A stretch of 64,000 nucleotides of DNA, taken from Candidatus Poribacteria bacterium. GTDB lineage: Bacteria; Poribacteria; WGA-4E; WGA-3G. The notes below the pieces were generated by a model that did not search any database, was not told the origin of the DNA, and saw nothing but the letters and a program-made list of their open reading frames with translations. The first letter of the stretch is position 1, and every line of letters begins with the position of its first letter. Below, one piece after another: positions 32,095 through 42,490 of the stretch. The translations under genes were made by a program, and so were the position numbers. The stretch covers positions 1-64,000 of the forward strand of contig CAXXUA010000008.1 of NCBI GenBank assembly GCA_963663765.2. The letters are read 5' to 3'.

Positions 32095-33105
32095 CTAACG
32101 ACGCAGTGGTGTCGGCAGATCGGGGCCGAGGATCGGATGTCCAGCCTTTCTTAACTTTTCACGCACGTCCTCACCTTTGCCACCACTGTTCACAACATCT
32201 TCCGCTGTAAGGAACAACGAACTGATCGCACCGATGATGTAAGAAGGTTGTGAGGTTGCCACCGCATATTGATGTGAGCGACGGAACGATGCTAACGCTT
32301 TTTGGTAATCACCCATTTGGAAGTAACACATCCCTTCAATCCCAAACGGAAGATAACGCGGATCTAATTCTTGTGCCTTTTGAGCATAACCGAGTGCCTC
32401 TTGCGGATTAGAGCCTAAAAGACATTTCGCGAGGTAGTGCAGCACCCACGGGTGATCCGGGTTCATTTCATACAAACGCTGCGCCACTGCTGTCTTTTTT
32501 TCTCCATACCTAAGATCGCCTTTATTGCCACCTGCGGATACCCACATCAACAAGGTGTCAAAATCATCAGGATCCTCAGCATACGCAAGGTTCACTAAAT
32601 TCCTATCTGTGTGATCAACGCCTCCACCATTGAGCTCAATGCTTAACTGCGCGTATGCAACAAGACCATATTCACGAAGAATTTGGAGGATTTTTTCATA
32701 ATGTTCTTCAGCAGTTATCGTCTTTTGTCTTCGGGCTATACGCAATTCATCTAATCTTTCCCCGTACCTTTGCCACCACTCAATAGAAACAAAAAGCGGG
32801 TCCCATGGGAAAGGAATACCACCTATATTTTCGCGTGAGATTTCAACAGAGTCGACACCCTTGAGCGTAGCAAGGTATTCCGAATCTGTAAACTGTTCGG
32901 CAGATAACTTTGCTGTTTTCCCGCGTGGTTTAGGTTTTGTCCCATTTTGTTTTACACCAGATAAATTATGTGTGCTATCTGGTGTTGATTGATTCGGTGG
33001 TGTAACAGGCGTTTCGGGAGCAGACTTTTGTCCGCATCCTGAACAACCACCTAATAGAATTACTACAAGAAATAAAGTCGCAAAACTTTCAATAGGAAGT
33101 TTCAT
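32095..33105 (-). CDS. TPR-repeat lipoprotein
   Basis: MKLPIESFATLFLVVILLGGCSGCGQK signal/lipobox; TPR-like helices (EALGYAQKAQELDP, GDYQKALASF). Confidence 0.85.
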   Translation of the reverse strand: MKLPIESFATLFLVVILLGGCSGCGQKSAPETPVTPPNQSTPDSTHNLSGVKQNGTKPKPRGKTAKLSAEQFTDSEYLATLKGVDSVEISRENIGGIPFPWDPLFVSIEWWQRYGERLDELRIARRQKTITAEEHYEKILQILREYGLVAYAQLSIELNGGGVDHTDRNLVNLAYAEDPDDFDTLLMWVSAGGNKGDLRYGEKKTAVAQRLYEMNPDHPWVLHYLAKCLLGSNPQEALGYAQKAQELDPRYLPFGIEGMCYFQMGDYQKALASFRRSHQYAVATSQPSYIIGAISSLFLTAEDVVNSGGKGEDVREKLRKAGHPILGPDLPTPLRR

Positions 33106-33109
33106 TGTT

Positions 33110-33325
33110 TTCCACTTTTAATTTGTTCCCTTTGCGTGCTGTCATAACAATAGCATTTACTTTGTATTCTTGCCACCATTTTGTCACGTTATAAGATTCT
33201 CTGGTTCAGCTCGAACGTTGTTGTCTTATCATCCCCGTTTGCCTGGACATCAGTAGAAACATAGTCCGAAAACAAATAGAAAAAAGTAAGACAATAATTA
33301 GGAAAAGACACTTCGTGTTTCGCAT
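33110..33325 (-). pseudogene. Remnant 5' end of the secreted-partner gene plus conserved junction
   Basis: MRNTKCLFLIIVLLFSIC... signal peptide, then frameshifted TTTFEL / EPENLIT* / KWWQEYKVNA. Confidence 0.6.
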
Positions 33326-33330
33326 CAGTT

Positions 33331-34101
33331 TTACTCCAATCCCAAGCGTTTGCGTTGTTCCGTACGCTCTCTTTTAACGTTTTTTTCAATCTGTTTGCGG
33401 AACGCGTCATCTTTTAACTCAAGAATCCAGTGTAGTCTGTACAGTGCCCCCATAATGTCGGGGGACACATTATCACCTGCGGATTCAAATACTCTTTGAT
33501 ATTCTGCTAACGCCTTTTCATACTGACCTGTATACATATAACAATCTCCAAGAAGCATGGAATTTGCGTAGTGTTTCGGTTCAAGTTCGAATACCTTTTT
33601 TACGTATCCGAGGGCTTCTTCAGGGTACACTATATAGATACTCCGAGCTAAGCCGTATAACACTTTGTGGTGATTTGGATTCATTTCATATAGACTCCGA
33701 TATATCTCTATCTTTTTTCTTTTATGTGTGTAATCAATTTCATTTTTAAGTGTTGATACAGCATATTCTGCCCAGAACAGCATGGTTTCAAAGTCATTCG
33801 GGTTTTTCGCGAGTGCTTTATCAAGATAGGGACGTGCTGCTTTCCTTGAAATGTTATTGCTAATAAGGGCACGTGCTGCTGCCATTTCATCTCGTCCTTC
33901 AACGAGCATCTTAATCCTTTTTCTATCACGTTCATCAGTTGATAAACCTTTTGTTTCTTCCATTGCGTCCGGTTTGTTTTGTTTCATATTTTCCAGTTCA
34001 TGATTGTAATCATGTGTCTTTTGTCCGCAGCCAGAGCATCCTCCAAGCAGTGTAACTGCTATCAGAAGTAACATTGCAAGGTTTTCCAATACCTTCGCCA
34101 T
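33331..34101 (-). CDS. TPR-repeat lipoprotein whose start codon is now supplied by a MITE end
   Basis: MAKVL-ENLAMLLLIAVTLLGGCSGCGQK; the original MKLRIEN start is stranded at 34866. Confidence 0.75.
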   Translation of the reverse strand: MAKVLENLAMLLLIAVTLLGGCSGCGQKTHDYNHELENMKQNKPDAMEETKGLSTDERDRKRIKMLVEGRDEMAAARALISNNISRKAARPYLDKALAKNPNDFETMLFWAEYAVSTLKNEIDYTHKRKKIEIYRSLYEMNPNHHKVLYGLARSIYIVYPEEALGYVKKVFELEPKHYANSMLLGDCYMYTGQYEKALAEYQRVFESAGDNVSPDIMGALYRLHWILELKDDAFRKQIEKNVKRERTEQRKRLGLE

Positions 34102-34845
34102 TTTTGAGTGCTTCAGTTGAATGAGTATATAGTGTTGATCTACCATTGCTCTGTGATATTGTTAGGATTATATAAATAAAAATAACTTCAGGTTTTCGTT
34201 GAAGTATTTTTTTATCATAGCAGGGTTATTTAGTTTTAAGAGTTTTCTGTTATTGAGATTTACTGAAAGTTAATACCCAGGTTTGGTTTCCTAACCGAAC
34301 TTTCTGCATCAGTTTTAGATTATTGAAAAATGAATATCGCTCTTTAGTGGTTCTTTCGGCAATTAATTTTAGCATAAAATAAAAGTCCAATGCTGAAGAA
34401 CCCCGTAGTCATCTGTTTAAGCAGTAGATCATCAATGGAAACATATAAGAAATACTTAGCAAGAAAACCATTTAGTCCCGTAGGGACGATATGTTTATAG
34501 AAAACGAATACCCTCCCCAGTTCTTTAGTCCCGTAGGGACGATATGTTTGTTTTTCTATGTCGTTCCTACGGAACTCAAGAGGGATAGATAACATGTTTC
34601 TATAAACATATCGTTCCTACGGGACTAAAGACATGGACAAGATGGCAACACATAAAATTAACGACATAGCAAAATATTATCAATAATATTGAAAACTGAA
34701 TAACCCTGTTATCACATCCTCTAATTTGACAATAGAAATGACTATATCAGCAATCTGACAGAATAATTTATAGGCACAATCTGGCAGAATGTGCTACAAC
34801 TGCCCGCACAATCTGGAAGAATGTCTATTATTGGCGAAGGTATTG
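34087..34845. mobile_element. MITE family D (TIR CAATACCTTCGCCA, 6-bp TSD) with nested family B MITE (34221-34708)
   Basis: TSD GTTTTC at 34081-34086 and 34846-34851; second copy at 61171-61547. Confidence 0.88.
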
Positions 34846-35339
34846 GTTTTCAATACGAAGTTTCATTGTTTTCTCCTTTTAATTTGTTCCCTCTGCGTGC
34901 TGTCACAATAATAGCATTTGCTTTGTATTCTTGCCACCATTTTGTCACGTTATAGGATTCTCTGGTTCAAGCGTAAGTGTGAATATAGGCAGAGATGCAA
35001 AACCAGTAAAGCGTGTTAATAATAAGAGTTATGTTGGTATAATTTTAACATTTCGGGGTTGATGTGCGTTTTATTGCACGTTTGCACCCCATAGTAACTC
35101 AATGAATAATGTGCAACAGATTCAGGTTCAGTAGCAATCTATTCAACTAACCTAAACGTATCGGATCCCCGCATTTGCCGTTGCTCAGACCCTTCGTCCT
35201 TGGCATTCGGTTTGTGTCCTTGGGATTGAAAACCTTACCATGTCTGAAAATTCCTTATATTTATATCAAACCGAATGTTGTCCTATTTAACTGACATCCC
35301 CTATTATTATATTGGTTTCAAAGAATGTTAACCTAAAAA

Positions 35340-36203
35340 TTATATCGGGATGTGTGAAGTATTTGTAGAAACCTTGATAATAAAAGAAGTCCGTCCAGTT
35401 TCTATTAAAGTTTGCTTGACGTTAGGGAACTGTAGACATCGTAGGGGCAAGGTTTCCTCGCCTATGTGAAGCCTCTGTTCGGGCGGGGAGACCCAGCCCC
35501 TACGCACAGTAACCAAAACTTTACACACCCTTATATCAGTATTACCGTTAGATGTTAGATTGAAACGGCGTTCCGGGATGTCAAACAGGATTTTGGGTTT
35601 GATACATATCAACTCCGATGATGTGCTCCCTGAACGGGGGTCTTCGTAGTTGAAGGTAGCACTTGCTGATAAAATGCCGACTGCCGCATAATCATTAGCA
35701 CGAACAGAGACAATTACACTGCTAATACCTGTTCCAGTCACATTAAGTTTCAATCCTGTTGTAAGCGGATTATTGTTCTCATCCACCTCTCCTGGCACTG
35801 TTTCGGCGTTTGTTTTCGTATCTATTTTTTCCACCGTATATGTATAACCAGAACCGCTGGGATTATCTTTCTTACGAAAATACAAATCATAAGAGGTGCC
35901 CGTATCCGGATCCCCGTTATAATTCATGCACACACCTTTCCACCGAGATACTGAGCTAAGCGTAAACGTAAAAGTCACCGAACCAAATGTAACGTCTTGA
36001 TTTGACGATGTCGTGCCTTTGAGCGTAGCAACAAATGACGCATTCGTTTTATATCCCGGTCGCCATTCTGTTGCCCATTCCGTCGGATTCGCCGGTTCAA
36101 AATCAAGTGTAAACGTTGGTGTCGCTGCAGCAAGATCTATTAGATACACCACACAAAATACAAATAAAAAAAGATATTGAAAAATCCAATATTTCTGTTT
36201 CAT
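35340..36203 (-). pseudogene. Truncated paralogue of the large secreted protein
   Basis: Signal peptide; shares WRP.YKTNASFVATLKGTTS and NDYAAVGILSASATFNYEDP.SGSTS with 30378-32023; homology stops near 35615 and the ORF tail runs through a REP-like element. Confidence 0.7.
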
Positions 36204-36319
36204 GCTAGAACTCCTTAATAAAGTTTTTTCGGAATATATATATATATATGACTCTGATAGAAAAACCTATAAAAGTTTATCTTGAAACCTATTATCTAAA
36301 ATCATTACTTAATTTTTTT

Positions 36320-37324
36320 CTAACGATAAAGTATTGGTAGATCCAGTCCTAGTATTGGTTGTCCTGCTTTTCTAATCTTTTCACGGACATCTTCTCCAAC
36401 TCCATTATTATTTACAACTTTTTTGGTATCCTCCACCCACCAAGCGATCGCACGTATTATATACGATGGTGAAGTTGCTACAGCAGCTGCGTGTGAGCGT
36501 TTAAACGATGCCAATGCTTTCTTGTAGTCACCCATTTGGTAATAACAGAGACCTTCAACACCCAAGTGAAGATAACCAGGGTCCAATTCCTGTGCCTTTT
36601 GGGCATAGCCGAGTGCCTCTTCAGGATGTGTTCCCAAAATACACATTGCGAGTTTATGCAACACCCAAGGATGATTAGAGTTCATTTGATATAAACGACG
36701 TGTCGCCGCAGTTTTTTCTTTACCGTAAAGATCTGTGAGATTTTCTCCTGCAAATACCCATGTGAGTAATGTGTCAAAATCATCTGGATTTTCCTTATAC
36801 GCAAGATCCGCTAATGCGATCATCCTATCGTCAATAGAACCTCCACTTAAATCAAGCACTATCCGCGCCCAAGTTAGAATTCCGAGGTCCCGGAAAAGTT
36901 GAAGATGTTTTTCATTAAACTCATCAATAGTTAACTCACCTGCTCGCCAGCGTTCGTACAAGTCCCTTTCTACTCTTATTATTTTTTTCCATGTTTCAAG
37001 ATGAACAATAGTCGGTTCCCACGGGAACGGTATCCCGCCATCGTGTTCGCGTGCTACTTGTATATATTCTACATCCTTAAGTGACGCAAGGTAATTCAAA
37101 TCACTGAAGTTCTTTGGAGATAACTTTGCTGTTTTTCCGCGTGATTTGGGGTTTGTCTTATTCTGCTTTACACCAGATAACTTAGATGTGCTATCTGGTG
37201 TTGATTGATTCGGTGGTGTAACAGGCGTTTCGGGAACGGTCTTTTGTCCGCATCCTGAACAACCACCGAGTAGGATTACTGCTATTAAAAATAATGTTGC
37301 AAGGTTTTCAATACGAAGTTTCAT
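36320..37324 (-). CDS. TPR-repeat lipoprotein (closest to 32095-33105)
   Basis: MKLRIENLATLFLIAVILLGGCSGCGQK after RBS AGGAG; TPR-like C-terminus. Confidence 0.85.
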   Translation of the reverse strand: MKLRIENLATLFLIAVILLGGCSGCGQKTVPETPVTPPNQSTPDSTSKLSGVKQNKTNPKSRGKTAKLSPKNFSDLNYLASLKDVEYIQVAREHDGGIPFPWEPTIVHLETWKKIIRVERDLYERWRAGELTIDEFNEKHLQLFRDLGILTWARIVLDLSGGSIDDRMIALADLAYKENPDDFDTLLTWVFAGENLTDLYGKEKTAATRRLYQMNSNHPWVLHKLAMCILGTHPEEALGYAQKAQELDPGYLHLGVEGLCYYQMGDYKKALASFKRSHAAAVATSPSYIIRAIAWWVEDTKKVVNNNGVGEDVREKIRKAGQPILGLDLPILYR

Positions 37325-37329
37325 TTGTT

Positions 37330-37556
37330 TTCTCCTTTTAATTTGTACCCTTTGCATGCTGTCGCAATAATAGCATTTGCTTTGTATTCTTGCCACCATT
37401 TTGTCACGTCATAGGATTCTCTGGTTCAAGTGTAAGTGTAAATGTAGAGGCAGAGATGGCAAGACAAGTTAGATGTAACACACAAAATACACATATATTG
37501 AGTAATACAAGAAACAGATGTTTTTCTGAGAAAAAGATAAATTGTTTACGTGGCAT
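37330..37556 (-). pseudogene. Remnant 5' end of the secreted-partner gene plus conserved junction
   Basis: MPRKQFIFFSEKHLFLVLLNICVFCVLHLTCLAISASTFTLTLEPENPMT* (37404-37556), then frameshifted KWWQEYKANA. Confidence 0.65.
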
Positions 37557-37560
37557 TTTT

Positions 37561-37988
37561 CTATTCCTTGTTTTGTTGCATTGAAGGTTGTTTTTTATTG
37601 AGATGAATATAAGGGGAAGTGCGTTCGGGTGGTCCGGTAAACACTTCGGACGCTTGAAAGTAACTCAGCGACTTTTCATATTCTCCCAAACCGTAATAGA
37701 TAACCCCTAATTGATATATGTGGGCATACCAGAAAAACTTTTTATGATATAGTTTTTCAAAATAAGGAATTGCCTCGCGCCGATGCGCGTCCGATGAATC
37801 AGGCTCTGTTGAAATAAACTTCGCCAATTTATATAATGCTTTTATTGAGTCAGGATACATTTTGACAAGTCTACGTAAAACTGTTTCGGTTTCCTCACGT
37901 TGCCCAAGTCTTTCAAGCCTATTGGAATAGATTAACCCGGTATAAAGGTCATCGGGGTTTTCCTTATACGCTTGGTAAAACAGATAAT
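37561..37988 (-). pseudogene. C-terminal half of a TPR lipoprotein, 5' end removed at an IS boundary
   Basis: QAYKENPDD...EAIPYFEK...YFQASEV parallels 39419-40351; the ORF-track start lies in the IS terminal repeat. Confidence 0.7.
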
Positions 37989-39410
37989 CTGACATTTATC
38001 ACAAGGTTGTTTATACTGCTAACAATCAATGTATAGAAGGGATAGTGTTATGAAAATGCGATTTGATTTTATTGATTTTTCTTGACTTTTAGCACATGAG
38101 ATATCATCTCTAAAGTTTTTTCAAACACTTCTCTACTCTAATTTTTGAAAAATGACATCGTAACTTGAAGAAACCTTACTTTTACTTTCAACCGGTCATC
38201 TATTTGGACTTTACAATTTGAATCAAATAGCAGACGCATTGTCTAAACCGAAAGCGAAACTCTATCGGTGTCTAAAAAGTTTCAGCCTTTATCAGTGGCG
38301 GTGTTTATTAGTGCGTATCGGGTGTTCCATTGCAATCCAAGAGATACGTGATACCGAATCTAAAAGTGCTTCTACACAATCCCGTCGTCGCATTACAATC
38401 AGTGTAGATAATACAAATGACCAGAGATATGGCAAACTGTTGTCATACTGCTTCAGTTGGTGGTCAAAAAAAGACAATAAATCGGTTCAAGGTCGGAATA
38501 TATTAGGCATCACCATCAAGAATGGGGATACGATCATTCCTCTCAACCTCCGTATTGTTAGCAAACAAGGGCGTGGCAACACTGATAAACCGAGTCTTTT
38601 TGTAGCTATACTCAAAGAAGTCCTAAGTTTCTTTGATGATGCGGGTATTGATATAAGAAAATATCCGCATCACTGTTGATTCGTGGTATGTCGGTAAAAA
38701 ACTTACCGACATTCTGTCTGAAATGGGATTTGATAGCATACTCATTCACGGGAAAAACAACTATGTGATGGACATTGATAACAAGTCCAAAAAACTTTCG
38801 GAACACAAAAAGGAAGTAGAACTGAACACGGAAAAATGGGGGTGTGATAAACCTCATTATCGCACCCAAGCGACAAGTCGGACATTCGGCTCTCTTGTGC
38901 TTCTCTTTTTTTTAGATATGAAGTCATAGTGAGTAAAACATAAGGATATGGTGAAATGGGGAAAGAAAGAGAGATAATTTGTGTCCTTTTCTTTCTGCTT
39001 TAGATTTCCATTTACTTTGAATTCTTAACTCTTACTCGCTACAAGTTCTATGGGAAAAATCCGAACGATGCTGGTATTCGGTAAATCCTTACGGGCGTGT
39101 GAGATACTCAGGATTTGGTCTCAACACTACGGTATAGAACAATTTTGGCGACACCTAAAAACAGATTTGAAATTATCAAAAATAGGATTACGGAAACAGC
39201 AAGGCGCGTATGCCAGTTTAGGTATAAAAGTGTTGAGCTATCTCCTATTACAAAATATGAGTCGTTTGCAACACAAAACATTTCATCAAATACAACTTGA
39301 ACTTACAGGAAAAAGAAATATGCTGTTAGAACTAAAAAAGCATTTTCATGAATAAATACCAACTAAACAATGATAAACATTGAAATCTCAAGAACTTTGA
39401 GAAATATCAG
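37989..39410 (+). mobile_element. Degenerate DDE insertion sequence (IS701/IS4-like), frameshifted, with a ~130-bp internal insertion
   Basis: Imperfect TIR CTGACATTTATCACAAG / CTTTGAGAAATATCAG. Fragments: ISVDNT (38218-38679), TVDSWY after a frameshift, and IEQFWRHLK (39050-39355). The insert at ~38921-39052 splits FLDM/GKIRT. Confidence 0.7.
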
Positions 39411-39418
39411 TATGTTTA

Positions 39419-40351
39419 TTAATCATTGAATTGATTCTCCTTTTCATTATAGGAAAGATGACGTTTAACAGCAGAAATAAACTCTGATGAAACGTCACCA
39501 GGACCACCTGTTATCACTTCAACAGCTTGAAAGTACTTTAGTGCTTTGTTGTATTTTCTTAACCCGAAATAGGCTTCTCCTAATGCAAGGATGGGGCCAT
39601 ACCAATCAGTGTTCAAACGATATGCCTTTTCCAGATAAGGAATGGCTTCATGAGGTACAGGATGATTATCTACAATAAACTGTCCTAAGGTATATAATGC
39701 TAATATTGAATCTGGACGCAATCTAACAGCCCTTCGGAGTCCTGCTTCTGCTTCACCAGGTTTGTCATGGGCATGTAGTTTACTCCAATATATAAGTATG
39801 TAAAAATTATTAGGATTTTCTATGTATGCTTGTTCAACCAACAAATTTGCCTGCTTACTCATTCCTCCCATTTCATACAGAAATGTGATGGCAGCGAGTG
39901 TATCTAATCCTTTTGTAACAATTGATGCGACTTCTTGATCCGCATCTTCTTCAGGAAGAAATGCACCGTTGAACTTATTTAATTTCTTCTTTTTTTCTTT
40001 TGGGTATTGAATATACCAGAAACCGTTTTCATCTATCTTAAAGTGATCCGGATTATTCTTGACGTAGACTGGTATAGCGAACGGATTTTTAGGGGTTCTG
40101 TAGTGACCATAAGGTCTGTGTGGTGGAATTTTAGGAAAAACAATAGACTTGAAAAACGTATCGCTTTCCAGGGCTTCGGGTACTTTGGTGTATGCAGTGC
40201 TATGGTGATCATGTTTGGAATTTACCACGTCATTTGGTAATTGTTTATCTGGTGCGGTTTTTTTCTCCTTTTGCTCACACCCCGAACAACCACTGAGTAG
40301 GATTACTGCTATCATTAGTAATGTTGCAAGGTTTTCAATACGAAGTTTCAT
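39419..40351 (-). CDS. TPR-repeat lipoprotein
   Basis: MKLRIENLATLLMIAVILLSGCSGCEQK; TPR helices (EAIPYLEKAYRLN, KALKYFQAV). Confidence 0.85.
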   Translation of the reverse strand: MKLRIENLATLLMIAVILLSGCSGCEQKEKKTAPDKQLPNDVVNSKHDHHSTAYTKVPEALESDTFFKSIVFPKIPPHRPYGHYRTPKNPFAIPVYVKNNPDHFKIDENGFWYIQYPKEKKKKLNKFNGAFLPEEDADQEVASIVTKGLDTLAAITFLYEMGGMSKQANLLVEQAYIENPNNFYILIYWSKLHAHDKPGEAEAGLRRAVRLRPDSILALYTLGQFIVDNHPVPHEAIPYLEKAYRLNTDWYGPILALGEAYFGLRKYNKALKYFQAVEVITGGPGDVSSEFISAVKRHLSYNEKENQFND

Positions 40352-40461
40352 TGTTTTTTCTTTTTAACTCAATTTGCTAACTCTCACCATGAACAACTGA
40401 GACATCATTAGATTAATCAGATAAGGCATTTTTCTTGAATCTCATGTCTACTTCATCATCT

Positions 40462-40738
40462 ATTTTAACGCCAATACGGACAGTGTGCCAGCGTTTTGCT
40501 GCGTGTGCATAGATAAACGCATTTTTGTATCCGCATTATATACCGAGACAGATATGCCGATGGGTGTATATGCTGCTTGTTCTTCATCTGTAATCGTAGT
40601 CCCACTATCACCCCGTGGAGGTGTCTATGTCAAATTCGTCTGACTATCACATGAAGCGACACGTAAAATTTTCGGGGGACCAGGACATAGATTTGCAAAA
40701 CTATTGTTACCAACTTGGATGAACAATACTATTAAGAC
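40462..40738 (-). pseudogene. Fibronectin type III-like gene remnant
   Basis: PGPPKILRVASCDSQTNLT*TPPRGDSGTTITD: the stop sits at the position of the conserved FN3 Trp. Confidence 0.45.
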
Positions 40739-40743
40739 AGTGT

Positions 40744-41025
40744 TTAGCTCAGTTCTTTGAGTAGAGTAACAGAATCCACTATCCCAACAATCGCCACATC
40801 TACCGGCATCCGCTTACCGGGTTGCACACCAACAGCATCACCACCAGTAACGATGTATACAGTCTCACCAACACCTGCATCCTGCAGTGTATCCACTGCG
40901 ACAAGTGGTTCCGCAATAGGATTATGTTTTTCATCTAAAGGTTGTACAATGAGAAGACGTGTGCCTTCTAAACTTGGATCTTTTCGCGTTGCAACTACAG
41001 TGCCTATGACTTTACCTATATCCAT
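40744..41025 (-). CDS. EutN/CcmL bacterial microcompartment vertex protein (BMC-P)
   Basis: IGKVIGTVVATRKDPSLEG, VAVD...AGVGE.V and VDVAIVGIVD. Confidence 0.92.
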   Translation of the reverse strand: MDIGKVIGTVVATRKDPSLEGTRLLIVQPLDEKHNPIAEPLVAVDTLQDAGVGETVYIVTGGDAVGVQPGKRMPVDVAIVGIVDSVTLLKELS

Positions 41026-41056
41026 TTAGTATTCTCTCAATTTGAAATAATTCATT

Positions 41057-42478
41057 TTATTTTATGCCGTACTCATTCAACTTAGTGTGAAGAGTGTTTC
41101 GGTTAATTCCAAGAATCTCAGACGCTTTGCTACGGTTCCCTTCAGTATGTTCAAGCACGATTTCAAAGAGTGGTTTCTCAAAAATTGCTCGGATTGCAGC
41201 GTGTAATTCTCCTTCCTCTGCATCAGAATCCAGATAACGTGCTACTTCTCCTTGTAATAAAGTGAAGACCTGTTGATCCAAATCTTGATTGTCTAAAGTA
41301 CTATCCGGTGTTTTATCAAAAATTTGTGAAAAATGCTCTTTGAGTAACATCTGTCCAGAACACATTACAAGTGCGCGTTTGATAGCATTCTCAAGTTCAC
41401 GAACATTACCAGGCCACGGGTATTCCGCCAGTTTATTGATTGTCTCAGAAGAAATCCCGACTTTGGGCAGTTCATATTCTTGTGCAAATTGACTTGTAAA
41501 AAGGTCTATCAGTACCGGAATATCCTCTTTACGTTCTCTGAGGGGTGGCAGCGAAATAGGAATCACATTCAGCCGGTAGTATAGATCATCGCGAAATGTT
41601 TTCTGTGAAACCGCAGTAACAAGCTTTCGGTTCGTTGCAGCAATGATACGCACATCTATAGGACGTGTGTTATTACTACCGACAGGTTCAATCTCACGTT
41701 CTTGAAGCACACGTAACAACTTCATCTGGATTTCAATCGGTAACTCCCCAATTTCGTCAAGAAAAATAGTGCCACTATCTGCTTGTTCAAACTTACCTTT
41801 CCTATCCGTGTGTGCATCCGTAAACGCACCTTTGACATGACCGAAAAGCGTGCTTTCTATTAGACTTGAGGGAATCGCACTACAATCAACAACGACAAAT
41901 GGATTATCACTGCGGGGACTGTTTTGATGTATCAATTCCGCCACGAGTTCTTTACCCGTACCGCTTTCACCCATAATAAGCACGGTCTCATCACTGACTG
42001 CAGCTCGACCAATTATTTGATAGACTGCTTGCATAGCAGGACTCTGACCGACCATCTTACCTTGACCGTTTGTGTCAATAGATGTAATTTCTGCTTGGAC
42101 GTTTTTGGTCTGGTTCGTTGCGGATGCAGCGCGCGATACAAGGTCTAACAGATTCTTTAGATCTATAGGTTTGGTAAGATAACTGTAAGCTTGGCGTTTG
42201 GACGCTTCAATGGCAGTTTGTGTTGTGCCGTGTCCAGTAATAATGATGATTGATGCAGTAGGATTCAGTTCTTGAATAGATTCTATCAAGTCCAACCCAT
42301 GTGAATCTCCTAAGAAGATGTCAAGTAAAATGACATCAAACTCATCCTTCTCAACACTATCAATTGCTTCTTTTCCGTTTTGTGCTTTGAAGGTGTCGTA
42401 ACCTGCTTTTTTAAGAGCAGAACTCAAAACTGAACGTAGACTGTGATCATCATCGGCAATTAGCACTGAATACGGCAT
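41057..42478 (-). CDS. Sigma-54-dependent response regulator (NtrC family)
   Basis: REC domain (ADDD, LLDI), GESGTGKE, GAFTDA, FLDEIGE, WPGNVRELEN and a Fis-type HTH. Confidence 0.93.
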   Translation of the reverse strand: MPYSVLIADDDHSLRSVLSSALKKAGYDTFKAQNGKEAIDSVEKDEFDVILLDIFLGDSHGLDLIESIQELNPTASIIIITGHGTTQTAIEASKRQAYSYLTKPIDLKNLLDLVSRAASATNQTKNVQAEITSIDTNGQGKMVGQSPAMQAVYQIIGRAAVSDETVLIMGESGTGKELVAELIHQNSPRSDNPFVVVDCSAIPSSLIESTLFGHVKGAFTDAHTDRKGKFEQADSGTIFLDEIGELPIEIQMKLLRVLQEREIEPVGSNNTRPIDVRIIAATNRKLVTAVSQKTFRDDLYYRLNVIPISLPPLRERKEDIPVLIDLFTSQFAQEYELPKVGISSETINKLAEYPWPGNVRELENAIKRALVMCSGQMLLKEHFSQIFDKTPDSTLDNQDLDQQVFTLLQGEVARYLDSDAEEGELHAAIRAIFEKPLFEIVLEHTEGNRSKASEILGINRNTLHTKLNEYGIK

Positions 42479-42490
42479 ATTTTTTGTTTC

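Noticed and set aside
35060-35335. Possible structured RNA or gene tail between cassettes
   Set aside because: No convincing fold, family motif or open frame could be established by eye.
30378-40351. Diversity-generating retroelement or prophage
   Set aside because: No reverse transcriptase, no adenine-specific TR/VR pair and no phage structural genes.
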